Shown piece after piece: positions 37,101 through 49,100 of a stretch of DNA of 64,000 bases. Under the pieces are notes generated by a model, which ran no database searches, was not told the DNA's origin, and saw only the letters and a program-made list of their open reading frames with translations. The number at the start of each line of letters is the position of its first letter. Within the stretch, counting starts at the first letter, position 1. The translations under genes and the position numbers were made by a program. This DNA is from Adineta vaga (taxonomy: Eukaryota > Animalia > Rotifera). The stretch covers positions 13,950,001 to 14,014,000 of the forward strand of contig CP075493.1 of NCBI GenBank assembly GCA_021613535.1. The letters are read 5' to 3'.

Positions 37101-38673
37101 TATTATTGCATTGCCACCAGTCACAGTAAGTTTCATCCGTTTCAGTATTATCAGGATCAATCAAATCAATGAAACCATCACATACTGTAGCGAAAGGTAT
37201 ATTTTGTTGATTGATTCTATCCAAATAATCAATTTCATCCCTTCCATCATCGCAATCATTTATTTGATTTTGTACTGTTATTAACGCAAGACATTTACTA
37301 ACTTTACCTATATGATTTGAACATTGAAATCGAAGGTGTTGATCATCAAGTTTACAACTATTACGAATTTTTTCATCATCATTCAATACACAATCTTGTA
37401 TGTCATCCATAAGACGATGTTTTGAAATGCATTTCGTTGAATTCTTACAATGATAAAAGAATGTGGAATTGATTTGACAATGTAATGGATCGACGTATAT
37501 CGTAGAACAAATTTGAAACTTTGTCTTAACATAACTTATTAATTCAAACCAATCAGAAAAGAATGATGGCCATTTTAGGTCTTTAATGAAATCTTGACAA
37601 ACAATTTCAGCGGATATATTAATAACAGGACGAACACGAATTAAATGATTACATAAATATTGATTAAAACATATATAACTAGGTAGAACAAGGGACGTTG
37701 AAATGAAATTCATTGATTTACTGTCATAGACAAAATATATATGATCAAAAAGTATTGCTGATGATGGAAAAGCGAATGGTATTAATGGACAATATCGTTG
37801 AATTGTATGATTACATGAAGATACCTTTAGACATGTACGTTGACATTCATCAAGAGTTTTATCTATCATACAAATCATTGCACGAAGGCAGCTTTCATTG
37901 ATCTTACTCATCATCAGTTGCTTAATAAGACTCTCTTCTAATAAAACTTCACGCTTATTTTTACAGAATCTATCAAACGGACTTTTTGTACATTGACCGT
38001 CACCACAAGGTATGTTCTCTGATTCAGACGGTCGACATCTATGTTCATCACATCGAAATGTCATATCTAATGTACAATTATCTGGATAATCAGAATATAG
38101 GTGTGCTTCATCACTACGATCAATACAATCTGGATTGAGAGCATCATCATGTAGAAAATCGATTGGAATGCAGTGTATACCATTATGGCAACGATATTCA
38201 TTAGTTATATGACATTCATTCATTTCCAGTTGAGAACAGTTTTCTTCATCTTGACCAGAATTGATACAATCAATTATTCCATCACAAATTTGTCGCCAAT
38301 CTAAGCATACATCACCGCAATCTAAATGTTTATAACACGAAGGAAAAGAGCTTAGGTAAGTAGTTTGACGCGTTTCTTTATTGTTTGAAATAATATCAGT
38401 TTTCAAATCATCATTTATTTCATAATTAGTGGAATCTGGGCGTACACAATATTCAATAATTTGATGTCGAAGAATATATGGAAGAACATATTCAACTATA
38501 TCATTGGACACATAAGAAATTAGGCAGTCATAGTCATTATGTAATTGTTTTTCATGACTATAATCGAAATAAGATTGAATGGATTGTAAATCCGTACAGA
38601 ATGTTATAAGAATAATTATTATTGTCTTCTGTAATGAAAATGGATCGATCTGAAATACATATAAAATTTGCAA
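34153..38673 (-). CDS. LDL-receptor class A repeat + EGF + rhodopsin-family 7TM receptor; start uncertain
   Basis: Many LDLa repeats (CDGIIDC..GQDEENC), EGF repeats and a 7TM C-terminus with VAVERF and FFVFVLPSKEYRKAF. 1506-codon open frame. Confidence 0.9.
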   Translation of the reverse strand: MQILYVFQIDPFSLQKTIIIILITFCTDLQSIQSYFDYSHEKQLHNDYDCLISYVSNDIVEYVLPYILRHQIIEYCVRPDSTNYEINDDLKTDIISNNKETRQTTYLSSFPSCYKHLDCGDVCLDWRQICDGIIDCINSGQDEENCSQLEMNECHITNEYRCHNGIHCIPIDFLHDDALNPDCIDRSDEAHLYSDYPDNCTLDMTFRCDEHRCRPSESENIPCGDGQCTKSPFDRFCKNKREVLLEESLIKQLMMSKINESCLRAMICMIDKTLDECQRTCLKVSSCNHTIQRYCPLIPFAFPSSAILFDHIYFVYDSKSMNFISTSLVLPSYICFNQYLCNHLIRVRPVINISAEIVCQDFIKDLKWPSFFSDWFELISYVKTKFQICSTIYVDPLHCQINSTFFYHCKNSTKCISKHRLMDDIQDCVLNDDEKIRNSCKLDDQHLRFQCSNHIGKVSKCLALITVQNQINDCDDGRDEIDYLDRINQQNIPFATVCDGFIDLIDPDNTETDETYCDWWQCNNIYTQCDGVWNCRNGADELNCSYLPVLCSSMHHLCVSPYTFKAICLPLDMAGNGHTDCVGGTDERHLCRFNGRLFTPFRCRNDTNCLELYEVCNGEENCNYNDDETFCSKNSFWESEDICMPSKNYQRTLEEKIICLLNLEQYRRQDIFFALEPRIVLNRPIKKSIIEKQEQTTVSSNRYFTPLSRQKINMTKNLFRCNRGKVVRDGNGQLKCLCSPAYYGSDCQYQNQRVSLTLQIRAELDWHTVFLLAIFLVDDNQQIESYDYIEYLSVRDCLTKFDIYLLYSSRPKDSSKNYSVRIDVYDKILLTYRTSWLFPLKFSFLPVHRLAIQLIIPLNPSRAKLCSQKCEHGQCILFENYHSSHIDDFCLCDRGWSGRYCTTKHDRCQCSSNSVCIGDGSFCLCPLNKYGIDCLHNHSSCQQNTCQHNGKCIGTDIRMLSNKNSKIEKYKCLCSEGYSEKTCKYTDSKIYTTFHSDISIPPYIFAHFITILSDSIPDRITMFKKIPFDRDEVILYMPQKFHLVFIEFSKKYYLTIIQKEFKPFTNLSTQIISSHRCRNISELFNSSILQLDLLLRVKLYHLPCQEDFKLLCFYDHNYMCLCDSERRQANCFEFDHNIIYNCRSSKICQNNAQCFQDDSSCPKTYICACAECYYGTRCQLSTKGFELSVDAILGYQIRPNLSLWQQPFVFKFSIIIVTIMLTLSFISNSLSLLTFRVKETREVGCGLYLLVNSITSLLTMIVFTIKFVILLLTHMSVINNRILLRYSCISINLMLSNLLNSTGWLSTCVAVERFIIVVKGINFHRNASKKMAKLMILIVILFCNLTVMHDPLHRHLFDDLDENRIWCVVSYPSSLNIYNSFINTFHFLGPFTINFLSTIMIVIIITYRKRYVDRNPLSYKQYFWKQFRRYQHIFLSQCFLVLLVLPRLIVIFISGCMKSARDPWLFLAGYFISFLPPMLHFFVFVLPSKEYRKAFQQSIEQLRMLC

Positions 38674-39721
38674 ACGATGAAACAGCAGAAATATTGTAAT
38701 AAAATCTATATAACTAACATATATTTGACATTTTTTATTGAAATTCTGTCATATAAGGGCTTTGGACTGAAACATAAATACATATTGCCATTGTTGAAAG
38801 AAAATGTTTATGAATTACAGATAAGCAGCGTTGACATGATTGATGTATATAGCTAGAATAGGAAAACGTTTCATATAACTTGCAGGAGATTAGTATATAC
38901 GTCACAAAAAATAAAAAATCTAAACCAATAAATATCTGTTGATGTCAAACTTTTAGTTTTTAATCAAATTTACACGGTTATAAGTAGGTTGTTTATAGAT
39001 AATCATTCTAGTGAGATCTTTAAAAACCAATTTCTTACGTTGAGATTATATCGTGATTTCACAAGTGAATATAGCATAATATTTATTTTTAACATTAGAT
39101 AATGTTTTTATACAATCGGGGGATGTAGGCGTAGATTTTCTTATTCTAGCTCGCCTCTTCAGTCGCATCCATACGCAATCTCGTCAAAAGGATGCTAGAT
39201 CAAAACGTTGATGTGTTTGCTTCATTAACTACATATATTCCGTACTACGTGTCATATGCGAAGATGATAAAAAAAACGAGTAAACAAAAATACAGAGAGA
39301 CTATGAAGTATTCTATCGCCTATAGAAACAATGACTTTTACACTTAATAGCACATCATCATCATCATAAATCAAAGCTCATAAAATATTTATTTGTATAC
39401 AATGCAATAAAAATAATATTATTTTGCGTGTCTCTCACTACTATTTCGTAAGTGAAATGCATTAATTTTACCTTTTCGTTCGCTACTGGGAAATAACCAT
39501 TTTTATGTTTATTACATTTGTCTCATCTATTTAGGTGTGTGTCTACGTTATATGCTGATGTCAAATCATTGATATACATCTTTATTGATTTTTCTTTCAG
39601 CTGCAGTCTTATATAAAGAACGCAAAAGTAGTCGAATCATTTACATTTTTTAAATTAAGTATCGTTTGGTCATATCATAAATATTTCCTTGTAGAGTTTT
39701 GTTGAATTCTTTAGATAAATT

Positions 39722-40125
39722 ATGTCAAACCAGAGAACAAACTATCATGGAAGAACTGTAGCGCCATATACAGGACCATATACTGGCCCACTAACAGGAC
39801 CATATACGGGACCATATACTGGCCCACAAACAGGACCATATACTGGCCCACAAACAGGACCATATACGGGCCCACAAACAGGACCATTCACTGGAATACC
39901 AACCGGTAGGTTTTAGAATATTGAAAATCTGATATACAAATTTGAATACAACGAGAAGAATATGACTTATGTATATTTATTTTTGTTTTAGGTGCCACAG
40001 GTCAGCTGACAAATACTGCTTTCGGTAGTACAACAGGGACAGGCTCACTGTCCAATCAACCGTATACAACATACAATTCTAGTACTGGTTATACTTCTTT
40101 AAACAATTATCAATACAGACGTTAA
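39722..40125 (+). CDS. Small G/T/P/Y-rich repeat protein (105 aa, 2 exons)
   Basis: (GP[Y/Q/L/F]T)n 12-bp repeats; intron 39906-39991; exon 2 [17 protein letters not shown]; TATA-like site at about 39611 and AATAAA after the stop. Confidence 0.7.
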
Positions 40126-40781
40126 TAAAGCCAGTTTTACGAAAAAGAAAGAATAAAGACTCATTTTCTGTTTTTTCTTAATTTTAACTGTTGTCAATGA
40201 TTCGTAAGAGTGTATGATAATAAATATACGATTTAATAATAAAAATTATAATGCAATATGTGTTCTTTTATCAAGATGATCGAATCGAATACTGTAACTA
40301 CTTTTCTACAGCAATCATATTCTAGGATAATCAGAATGTATATAATTATGACTCGCTGATAGGCGATGTCAGCCAAAACTCAACATATATAGATATTTTT
40401 TTTTATAATACGTCATAAAGAGTAGTCAATTGAATAAATGCGTTACTTAAGCGGAAACTTTGTTTATGTATATTTTTCAGAGGAAAATCAACTCTTATGA
40501 AAGTGTAATGCCAGTAATGAAGCGTAATATTTTGTTTTAAAATATAATTAGTATAAAAAAGTTTCTTATATTTTAAATTTACTAATTATCGTCAATCTTT
40601 TCCCAAGTAGAACAGGAAAAAAACATAACCATGATAAACGTACGTGTGAGAAATGGAAATGTTACACTTCAGTATTCTACGATATGCATCATTGTAAATT
40701 TGTACGTCTACGTACATCTGTTTGTATCTAAACAAAATATTCCATCTAGCAACATTTATTTTCAATTGATCTACTCTTAGA

Positions 40782-41736
40782 ATGGCATGCTACCAACTTT
40801 GTTCTCCATATTATTGTGGTGATAATGAAGATGATGAATATGATGTTTGTGATCCATGTGATTGTTACGACGTATGTCCATCAGTTTTCTATATTCAACC
40901 AAAGCTCTGTCAATATGTCAATACGAAATCTCAAGCACTAGCAAATCCCGTAGCAAAAACAATTTATAATCAAAATCAGATGCAATCAACTGCACAAGCA
41001 AGTACTTTGACATGTGGAGATACAAGTAATGGTAAGAATGATCTGGAATCAGAAAAATTCTGTATTTATGTCAATGTCAATGGATTTGACCAAGGCTCTA
41101 TCGAAATACGTGTTGAAAATGGAAAACTTATTCTCGAAGCAAATCGAGAAGATCTCCGAAACGATGGTGATTATAACGTTCAACAATTTAGAAAAACATA
41201 TCAGTTACCTAAGCAAGCCGGTTAGTAACTTTTGTATCTAGGACATTCATTTGCTTATATATTCATGTATAGATCCTACACGTATAACTTCTCATATTGC
41301 ATCCGGTAATATACTTGTAATTGGAATGCCAATATGTAATTCACAAGAAACAGATTCCCTTTCACGAGTAGAAAATAACAAAAATTCAAGTTCATCATCA
41401 TCGATGGATCAATCTAAGGAGTCTTTGGATTCTTATATTAAACTATTAATGAGTGGAGATTTTCATCCACGTATTATTGATCAAGGTAATAACAGAAAAC
41501 TATTAGAAATGACTATCGATGTAAAGCAATGTCAACCAGAAGAAATCAATGTTTCAGTAAAAAATGATGAATTAATTGTTCAAGGTGAACATAAAATTAA
41601 AGAAAAACATCATTCAAAACGATCGCGTCTATTCAGATCAACAACATTACCAGCTGGAGCGCAAGTGAATCAAATGACAACAAAATTAACTGATGATGGA
41701 CAATTACAAATTGAAGTACCACTCTTAATGAAATGA
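40782..41736 (+). CDS. Small heat-shock protein with two alpha-crystallin domains (p40-like), Cys-rich N-terminus
   Basis: ACD1 FCIYVNVNGFDQGSIEIRVENGKLILEA..FRKTYQLP; intron 41221-41272; ACD2 PEEINVSVKNDELIVQGEH..TTLPAG..LTDDGQLQIEVP. Confidence 0.9.
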
Positions 41737-42175
41737 ATAAAACAAATTATTAGACGAAGAATCTACGTAGTACAGAGATATAAACATAGTTTTAGTGATC
41801 TTCTGATGATAGCTAATTATTTATGATTTTAACAATTTCTTTAAATAAATAAACATATCTGATAGCTTATTGCATGTTAACAGGTGAGAAAAGTGCAATG
41901 TATTTCTAGATCCATCTTTGATTTTTCTTCTTTTTACTGAACATAGATTACTTTTACCGTAAATTTTTAATTAATATTAGAGAACGGAACTGCTTATTAA
42001 TATAGATAGATCAAACCACGTTCTTATTTCAAAGATAATTTATAATGATGCTTATTATCATTTGAAAGAATCTTTTCATATATATATAGTCGGAACGTTA
42101 TTTTTATTTTCATAAAATCTATAGTATAGAACTTGATCATGAAAAAATATTAGTTCAGAATTATAAACAGTGAAA

Positions 42176-43106
42176 ATGAATGACAGACAACTTGTAATCA
42201 TTTTAGTTTATGTAAAGGTTATTATTCTTTGTTTGGCTTCAATCGGATCAATTTTCTATTCTCTGCCATTAATTTTCATTCGACGTTTTCATACTTCACT
42301 TCATCTATTAAGTCTTAATGTTAGTATTACTTTATTCGTATGTGCCACTTTTTGGGCGCTTTATTATGTTATGAATACATTTTATGCGGATATTTTATGG
42401 ACAGAAAATTCATGTTTAGTTATACTTTATCTTCAAACTATGGTTGTTTGTCAATTTATATATGCTTTATGTATTGTTTCATTGAATCGACTATGTGCGA
42501 TTGCTTATCAAAGAAAAGTTTTGTTTCGGAAAAAGAAATGGGCGATTATGTGTATTGGTATTCAATGGATATTTGCAGCAATAATATCTTTACCTCAATT
42601 TGGTTCGAGTTTACAAGTAAATCATATGAATTGATAAAAGAAAAAACAGAAAATTTTTTATTATCTCTCTTTTGTTGTAGCATTGCTTTATATCTGGTCT
42701 TGAACTCAGCTATCAAATCTATGTACTTTTCATTGTTGGAGTTCTACCTGGAATCTTCCTAGCAATTACTAATAGCATTCTTTTTAGTTTGGTTCGACGT
42801 TCAACACGACGTATTCATACCGGAAATCAAGCACTGGATGCACAACCAGCAGTAGCTCTGAGCCAACGGGATGCTCAATTATTAAAACATATGCTTATTA
42901 TGTTTGGCGTATTTTTTTTTGGTTGGATACCAATCTATATTATTGGCGCAATCAATTGGGATGGAAATGGTATATCATACGTTGCATTTCATGCACTTCT
43001 CATCTTACCAACACTGAGTCTTATTATTGACCTTGTAGATTTATTTCTATACAATCATGAACTACGAACATTTTTTTCTAACATACTTTATAATCGTCCG
43101 AATTAA
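42176..43106 (+). CDS. Orphan 7TM rhodopsin-like receptor (2 exons)
   Basis: Seven hydrophobic segments, SLNRL (DRY position), LFLYNHELR; intron 42617-42680. Confidence 0.8.
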
Positions 43107-43529
43107 CAACTACAAATTGAAAGAATTTTATTGTAAACATTAGGATCAAGAAATCATATAGAATAAAAATATAGAATAAGTGCTATGAGCATATTCGTAC
43201 TTGGAAGATGTTTCTACTTTTATCACATTCGTACTTTTTGCTCTTCTTAAGAGTAAATACTGTTTTTGCCACATTCATTTTAATGAAAGTAGTTAGAAGT
43301 AAATGCTCAAAACACACTCATAGATTAATTAGTCAGATTTCAGAATAAGTTTTTGTTTCTTTGAAAAGATTTGAATCCAGGAAGTTCATTAACAAATGAC
43401 AAAACACGAGATATTCTGAATATGATTGACACTCTCGCTTCTAATTCCCAAGTGATAAAAAGAGAGTGATTTTCTTTTAACAATGTAACATCATATTCTT
43501 AGTTGATATTTGGAATAATCTTGTACAAT

Positions 43530-44495
43530 ATGAGTACTCTTGCTGAACAAGTTGATCAAACTACAATTTATGTCCAACCCATTCATTTTATTCTTTCTAT
43601 GATTACTAATATTCTAAATATATGTATCTTACGTGATCGTACACTTCGATCATCACCATGTACTCATTATTTTCTTAGTTTTTCATGTGCAAGTATTCTT
43701 TATACTTGTATTCTGTGTCCAACACAAATTTTACGGCGATATAATATTTTATGGATGAATACAAATATTGGTTGCAAATTAAGTCCATATCTTTTGTTTG
43801 TTTTACCACTACAAGCGAGTATTATGCTTATCTTAGCATCATTCGATCGTTTCTGTTCATCAAGTTCAGAATCAATAAAACTTCGTTCTCTAAGCAACGT
43901 ACGAATAGCACAATGGTCAATTATATTCAGTTCAATCTTATGTGCTTTATACATGTTACCCATGATGTTCATCTATGATTTTAATTCAAACTTACATTTA
44001 TGCATACAATATTCAAACACACCCACAACAATATATGCTTTTAGTCAAATTGGTATTTATTATATACTAGCACCAATCATCATGATGATCTTTGGTGTTT
44101 TAACCATATCAAATATTCGACGACAACTTACTCGAATACAGCCTCGAACATGTGTTAGACCAAATCGACGAACAGAAAGTCAATTAGCTCGAATGTTAAT
44201 TATACAAATAGCTGTTCATATGATTATTTCATTACCATTTGGTATTATGTATTTAATCAATACATTTATACCATCATCTCGTACACCATTCATCATTGGT
44301 ATACGATTAATTTTTGTTGCTTGGCAACAATGTGATTATTTTGTTCCTTTCTTTCTTTATATTCTTTCTGGTGGTATTTATCGTGAAAAGCTCGTTCGAA
44401 TGTTTAAATCGAACTATCATGTTGACAATTCAATAACAGGTCTTGCGAAAACTCAAGCTTGCAATATCCAGAATACATATTCAAATCGTAAATAA
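43530..44495 (+). CDS. Orphan 7TM rhodopsin-like receptor
   Basis: SSPCTHYFL, ASFDRF, PFFLYILSGGIYR; single exon. Confidence 0.85.
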   Translation: MSTLAEQVDQTTIYVQPIHFILSMITNILNICILRDRTLRSSPCTHYFLSFSCASILYTCILCPTQILRRYNILWMNTNIGCKLSPYLLFVLPLQASIMLILASFDRFCSSSSESIKLRSLSNVRIAQWSIIFSSILCALYMLPMMFIYDFNSNLHLCIQYSNTPTTIYAFSQIGIYYILAPIIMMIFGVLTISNIRRQLTRIQPRTCVRPNRRTESQLARMLIIQIAVHMIISLPFGIMYLINTFIPSSRTPFIIGIRLIFVAWQQCDYFVPFFLYILSGGIYREKLVRMFKSNYHVDNSITGLAKTQACNIQNTYSNRK

Positions 44496-45319
44496 TGCGA
44501 TATTATCCGTAGAGTTCATCGTTCCGTATTTAATAACTTTCTTTTTTTTTGACGTAGTATTTTTTGCAAATCAATAAATTACCTATTGCTTCTGGATCAT
44601 ATTCAGATATTCTATTCAAATTCGTCAATGTCAACAACATACTCTGTGAGATTCTATAAAATAGTTATAGAACATCTGTAAAAGTAATTAACTTACCTAT
44701 ATCGAAATGTCACAAGAAGGAAGATAATTTTTGACGAGTATTGAACCATAATAAATGGATTTCTCTTCTCGTAATGTGCTTCATGACTGGAACTTCGACG
44801 ACAGTTGTAGGACAAGATTTGGCAAATGAGTCAACGAGTTGTCTTGCAGATTCGTGAGCATGTTCTTCTGAATTTAATATCTACTTGAAAGTTTCAGTCA
44901 CTGAAGGTTGTAATTTAAAAGCTATGATAACTTGTTCTTTGCACAAAAAAGATGATAAGAAATTAACTGATATAATTATAACGTGACAGGAAAATTTTCT
45001 TTCTTTCTCTTCTTCTTCTATAAACGTAAATGCAACATGGTGTCTATTTTTGAACTACATATCTCAGTTAATTAAACTCTTCATTGCATTTCCAGTCCTT
45101 CATTGTAATAAAAACTGCATAATATAATCAACTTCTAAAGGACTATCTTGTGAATATAAGTGTGATGATGTTCAAATCAATAATATAGTTAACTCACATA
45201 TTCTCACTTGTAAGATGATTGTATAATAGAACAAAAAGAAGAAAAATGACTATTCACTTGTAAACTATTTTCATTGTTATCTCCTTACATCACAAAAAGA
45301 CTTTGTCTTCTTTTATTTC

Positions 45320-46970
45320 ATGAATAAAATGTTTGTCATACTAATTCTTCTTTGTTGTCCTTTATTTATTTCTTCTACTTCATTGCCATATGCAGAATGG
45401 GCTCATTACCATATGGTTTGGTAATCATCGGAACGTTCAAACCAAACAAATATTCAAATCATGTTGGATACTTACAACCATTATCAAATTCTATTTGGTG
45501 CTGTCAATATTGATTCACATTGGGCAACAAATTTCAATACATTTATATTCGATTCAAAAAAGTTTCCATCGATACGTCAAATGCTTGATGAATTTCGAAC
45601 AAAAAATATTCGTATCGTATTATGGATGACTTCATTTATGAACATTGATTCTCCAAATTATGCCTATGCAGAAGAACATGGATTTCTATTCAATAAAACA
45701 CTCAAATGGTGGCATGGTAATGGACGTTTATTGAATTACTTCAATCCACAAGCAGTAGATTGGTGGCATAATCAAATCAAAATACTTATTGATACAGTTG
45801 GACCAATTCATGCATTTAAAGTATATATATGTTAATAAAACTTACTTGAAAAATAATCATTTTATTTATATCATTTAGGCCGATGGAAGTGATCCATATA
45901 TAATAAAGGTCAATGATTCTAGTGTCACATGGAAACAATATCGTACTGCTTATTATAATGATACATTTCAAATTTTACGTCAATTAGTCGGCCCAGAAGC
46001 ATCGATTATGTCGCGTTCAATTGATCATGATGAAGAATTCTCTCCACGAAACATTGTTTTTATGGGTTGGGTTGGTGATGAAAATGCGACATATGATGGA
46101 TTGAAAACAGCACTTCGTTATATGCTTGAAAGTGGTCTCAAAGGTTATGTTGGTTTTGGTTCGGATATTGGTGGTTTTCGTTTTGATCATGATTCTGGTT
46201 CATTAGGTCGCACTAAAGAACTTTTTCTTCGTTGGACAGCTATTGGTGCATTAAGTTCATTTATGGAAAATGGTGGTATGGGAGAACATTGTCCATGGAA
46301 TTTCGATAATGAAACAATAGATATCTATCGTTCATGGGTGAATATACACTATAAACTTGTGCCTTATCTTTATTCTGAAGGTACAAAAGTAGCAATCGGA
46401 CGAAATGGTACGTTAATGAAACCATGCAATGATACTCAAGTAGGATCTTCTCAGTCCTATTTTCTTGGTCCAAACATCTATGTTGTACCAGTCACACGTG
46501 ATCCAATTCCTGGACAATTACAACTTATCTGGTTACCAAAAAGTTCAACCAATCATTGGATAAATTATTTTAATACATCTATTACATATCAATCGGAGAT
46601 ATTTATTCAAGAAAATACAAGTAGTCTTTATCGAATACCATTATATATTGAACAAAATTCATTAATTCCGATGTATGATATGAAGAAAAGTTCTTCCTTG
46701 CATGCATTTAGATTTGTTCTATGGGGTAAAATTCTTGTCAATAAACAAATAATGATATCCTTATTTACTCGTGATGGGCAACAATGGTCATTAGAATTAA
46801 ATTGTTTAAAGAAAAAATTGACTATTCAGCTTATTGAACAATATAATTCAGGAAAACGCGAAGAATGGATATGGAAATTTTGTCAATATGTTAATGAAAC
46901 ACATAATTGTTCACAAGAATGGATTAAACTTGATAATAATACTTCATTTAAACTTGAGTTTTTAATTTAG
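45320..46970 (+). pseudogene. Secreted glycoside hydrolase family 31 (alpha-glucosidase/xylosidase-like) with one premature stop
   Basis: ATG 45320 signal peptide; in-frame TAA at 45422-45424 (..HMVW*SSERS..). Intron 45821-45878 creates nucleophile motif AFK-ADGSD. Acid/base WVGD, GSDIGGF and ELFLRW are present. Confidence 0.8.
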
Positions 46971-46998
46971 AAACGAATCAATTTTTCTTTCAAATCAT

Positions 46999-47041
46999 GA
47001 GGGTGTGGGTGCAACTCTGATATCCTATACACCCACACTCT
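46999..47041. repeat. Telomere-like short hairpin element, copy 4
   Basis: GAGGGTGTGGGTG-caactctgatatcctata-CACCCACACTCT. Confidence 0.65.
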
Positions 47042-47474
47042 TACGAAGAATTGTATTTACCTTTATATACTCTGAAAGAATGAGATAATTCACACAAAAA
47101 AGAAAAAAAACACGACTGTGTAAATACATTTAATTTTATGACTTTGTTCGTTTGCATAACAAATATGGGAATTTTATTTAAACTATTCATCACACACTAT
47201 ATTAGATAAACTCGATTGAAACCCAATTTTGAAATGTCTGAGTCATAACTTTGATTTGTCCAGGTAAACATGTAAGAAAAAAGTGCGTAATGTAAGGTTT
47301 TTTCCAAGTACTGCCGTGTTCTCTTTTCTTCACATCTATAAAACGTAGACAAACAGCAGCTCAAATTGTACTTTGTTCTTTATTTTATTCGAGAATATTC
47401 GATTCTTTCGCTCGTGCTTAACAGAATCAAATAATTTTGTATTTTATACATAGATTTTTGTCGGACTTCTATAC

Positions 47475-47945
47475 ATGGCTTTTCTGAAACGTCTCAGTAT
47501 TCAATACCGACAGCTCCTGAAAGATCCAGCTCCGTATTGCTATGCAGAACCGAAGGATCTTGAAAAAGATATCACACATTGGACGGGATATATCGATGGC
47601 CCAGAACAAACTCCTTATGCCGACGGAAGATTCTACCTCGATATCGATTTTCCATCAGATTATCCATTCAAACCACCGGAGATTCGTTTCACAACGCCAA
47701 TCTATCATCCAAATATAAGTACGAAAGGCGAAATATGTTTGGATATTCTTCATTCTCAATGGTCTCCAGCATTGAGTATTCGCGCACTCTTAATATCTCT
47801 ATGCTCACTATTGACTGATCCAAATCTCGACCATGGATTGAATCGAGAAGCATTGGGATGCTACCAAACAGATCAGAAACAATATCAAGAAAAAGTAATT
47901 GAATGGACACAAAAATATGCTTCGAAGCAGCGAAGTTCAAATTAA
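47475..47945 (+). CDS. Ubiquitin-conjugating enzyme E2 (UBE2D/Ubc4-like)
   Basis: PSDYPFKPP, HPNISTKGEICLDIL with catalytic Cys, WSPAL; intronless CDS. Confidence 0.95.
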   Translation: MAFLKRLSIQYRQLLKDPAPYCYAEPKDLEKDITHWTGYIDGPEQTPYADGRFYLDIDFPSDYPFKPPEIRFTTPIYHPNISTKGEICLDILHSQWSPALSIRALLISLCSLLTDPNLDHGLNREALGCYQTDQKQYQEKVIEWTQKYASKQRSSN

Positions 47946-48412
47946 TTAAATTTTGTTTTCAGAAAATTTTAAGAGAATGTACAGTATATTATATAGTTTT
48001 TCGCGATCTCACTTTAACCAACAGTCAAAGTAACTGTTAAATACATTGAGTTTCAGTAATAAAATAATAAGATATGAAGACTGTTTTTATCCACGTCCAC
48101 ATCGTTGATGGAGGATGATATTCAAATGTCATTGTGTATTTTGTACAAGCTTTTGTCGATCTTTGTATCCTAGAAAGGCAATGAAAGTTAGTACAAATGT
48201 GTATTTGCTCTCGATTTTATCCATATAGAAAAATATAAATAATTTGAATTGACATGCAAATACCCTTATTCAAAAATCGAACATTTGAGACACATATTGC
48301 ATAAATATTTATTCGAGAATATTCTTTCGAACTACTATAAAATGTTTGGCTTTCTGTTGCTTATCTAAAAACAAAGCGATTCTATTTATTTTTCAGTTCA
48401 TATACAACCAAC

Positions 48413-49100
48413 ATGTTCATCACTACACTCATCGCATCGCTTCTCTATGGGTTTTCAATCGGCACTATAACTGCTGATCTTCGGTCTAAATGAACCCTAT
48501 CAGCTACCAGCACGCCAATCACCAATTAGTAACCAAGTACCCGATACAGCACAACTATATCCACCATATCAAACGTATAATTTGATTCCATACAAGTATG
48601 CATATAATGGCAGTGCTGACTGTTTTACAAATACAAGCAATCGTATTATTGCTCCTGTTATTCCATTGCTTTTTAGTCCGTCAGTAGTCAGAGCAGCCGC
48701 TTTATTGGAACTATTCATTCAACAAAATTATGATAGCATTTCTACACAATCAGTCTGTAGCTATGCAAATATTTTCTATCCGAATTTTACTTCAATGGGG
48801 AACACCATTGATGCTATCGCGAAATTACATCTTTCACTTGATTATTTTTCATGTTATACTATGTTCAAGAACAAACTGAAATTGAAGTTGGACTATCAAA
48901 ATATGAATGGCTATCATTCAAGATTACATTTATTGCAAATGGTACATGTGAGATTGATATAAAACAGACTGATTAGATGAATAAAACACTAATTCAACTA
49001 CTTCTTGGATTTCCAATAACAATAGAAGTATATTGCTTTATAACACAAGACACAATTACTAATCAGATCAAATATTACAGGGCAACTAAATGCGGCAATA
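48413..49100 (+). pseudogene. Disrupted hypothetical secreted protein
   Basis: Signal-like MFITTLIASLLYGFSIG followed by a stop/frameshift and a 126-codon open frame; no recognised domain. Confidence 0.3.
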
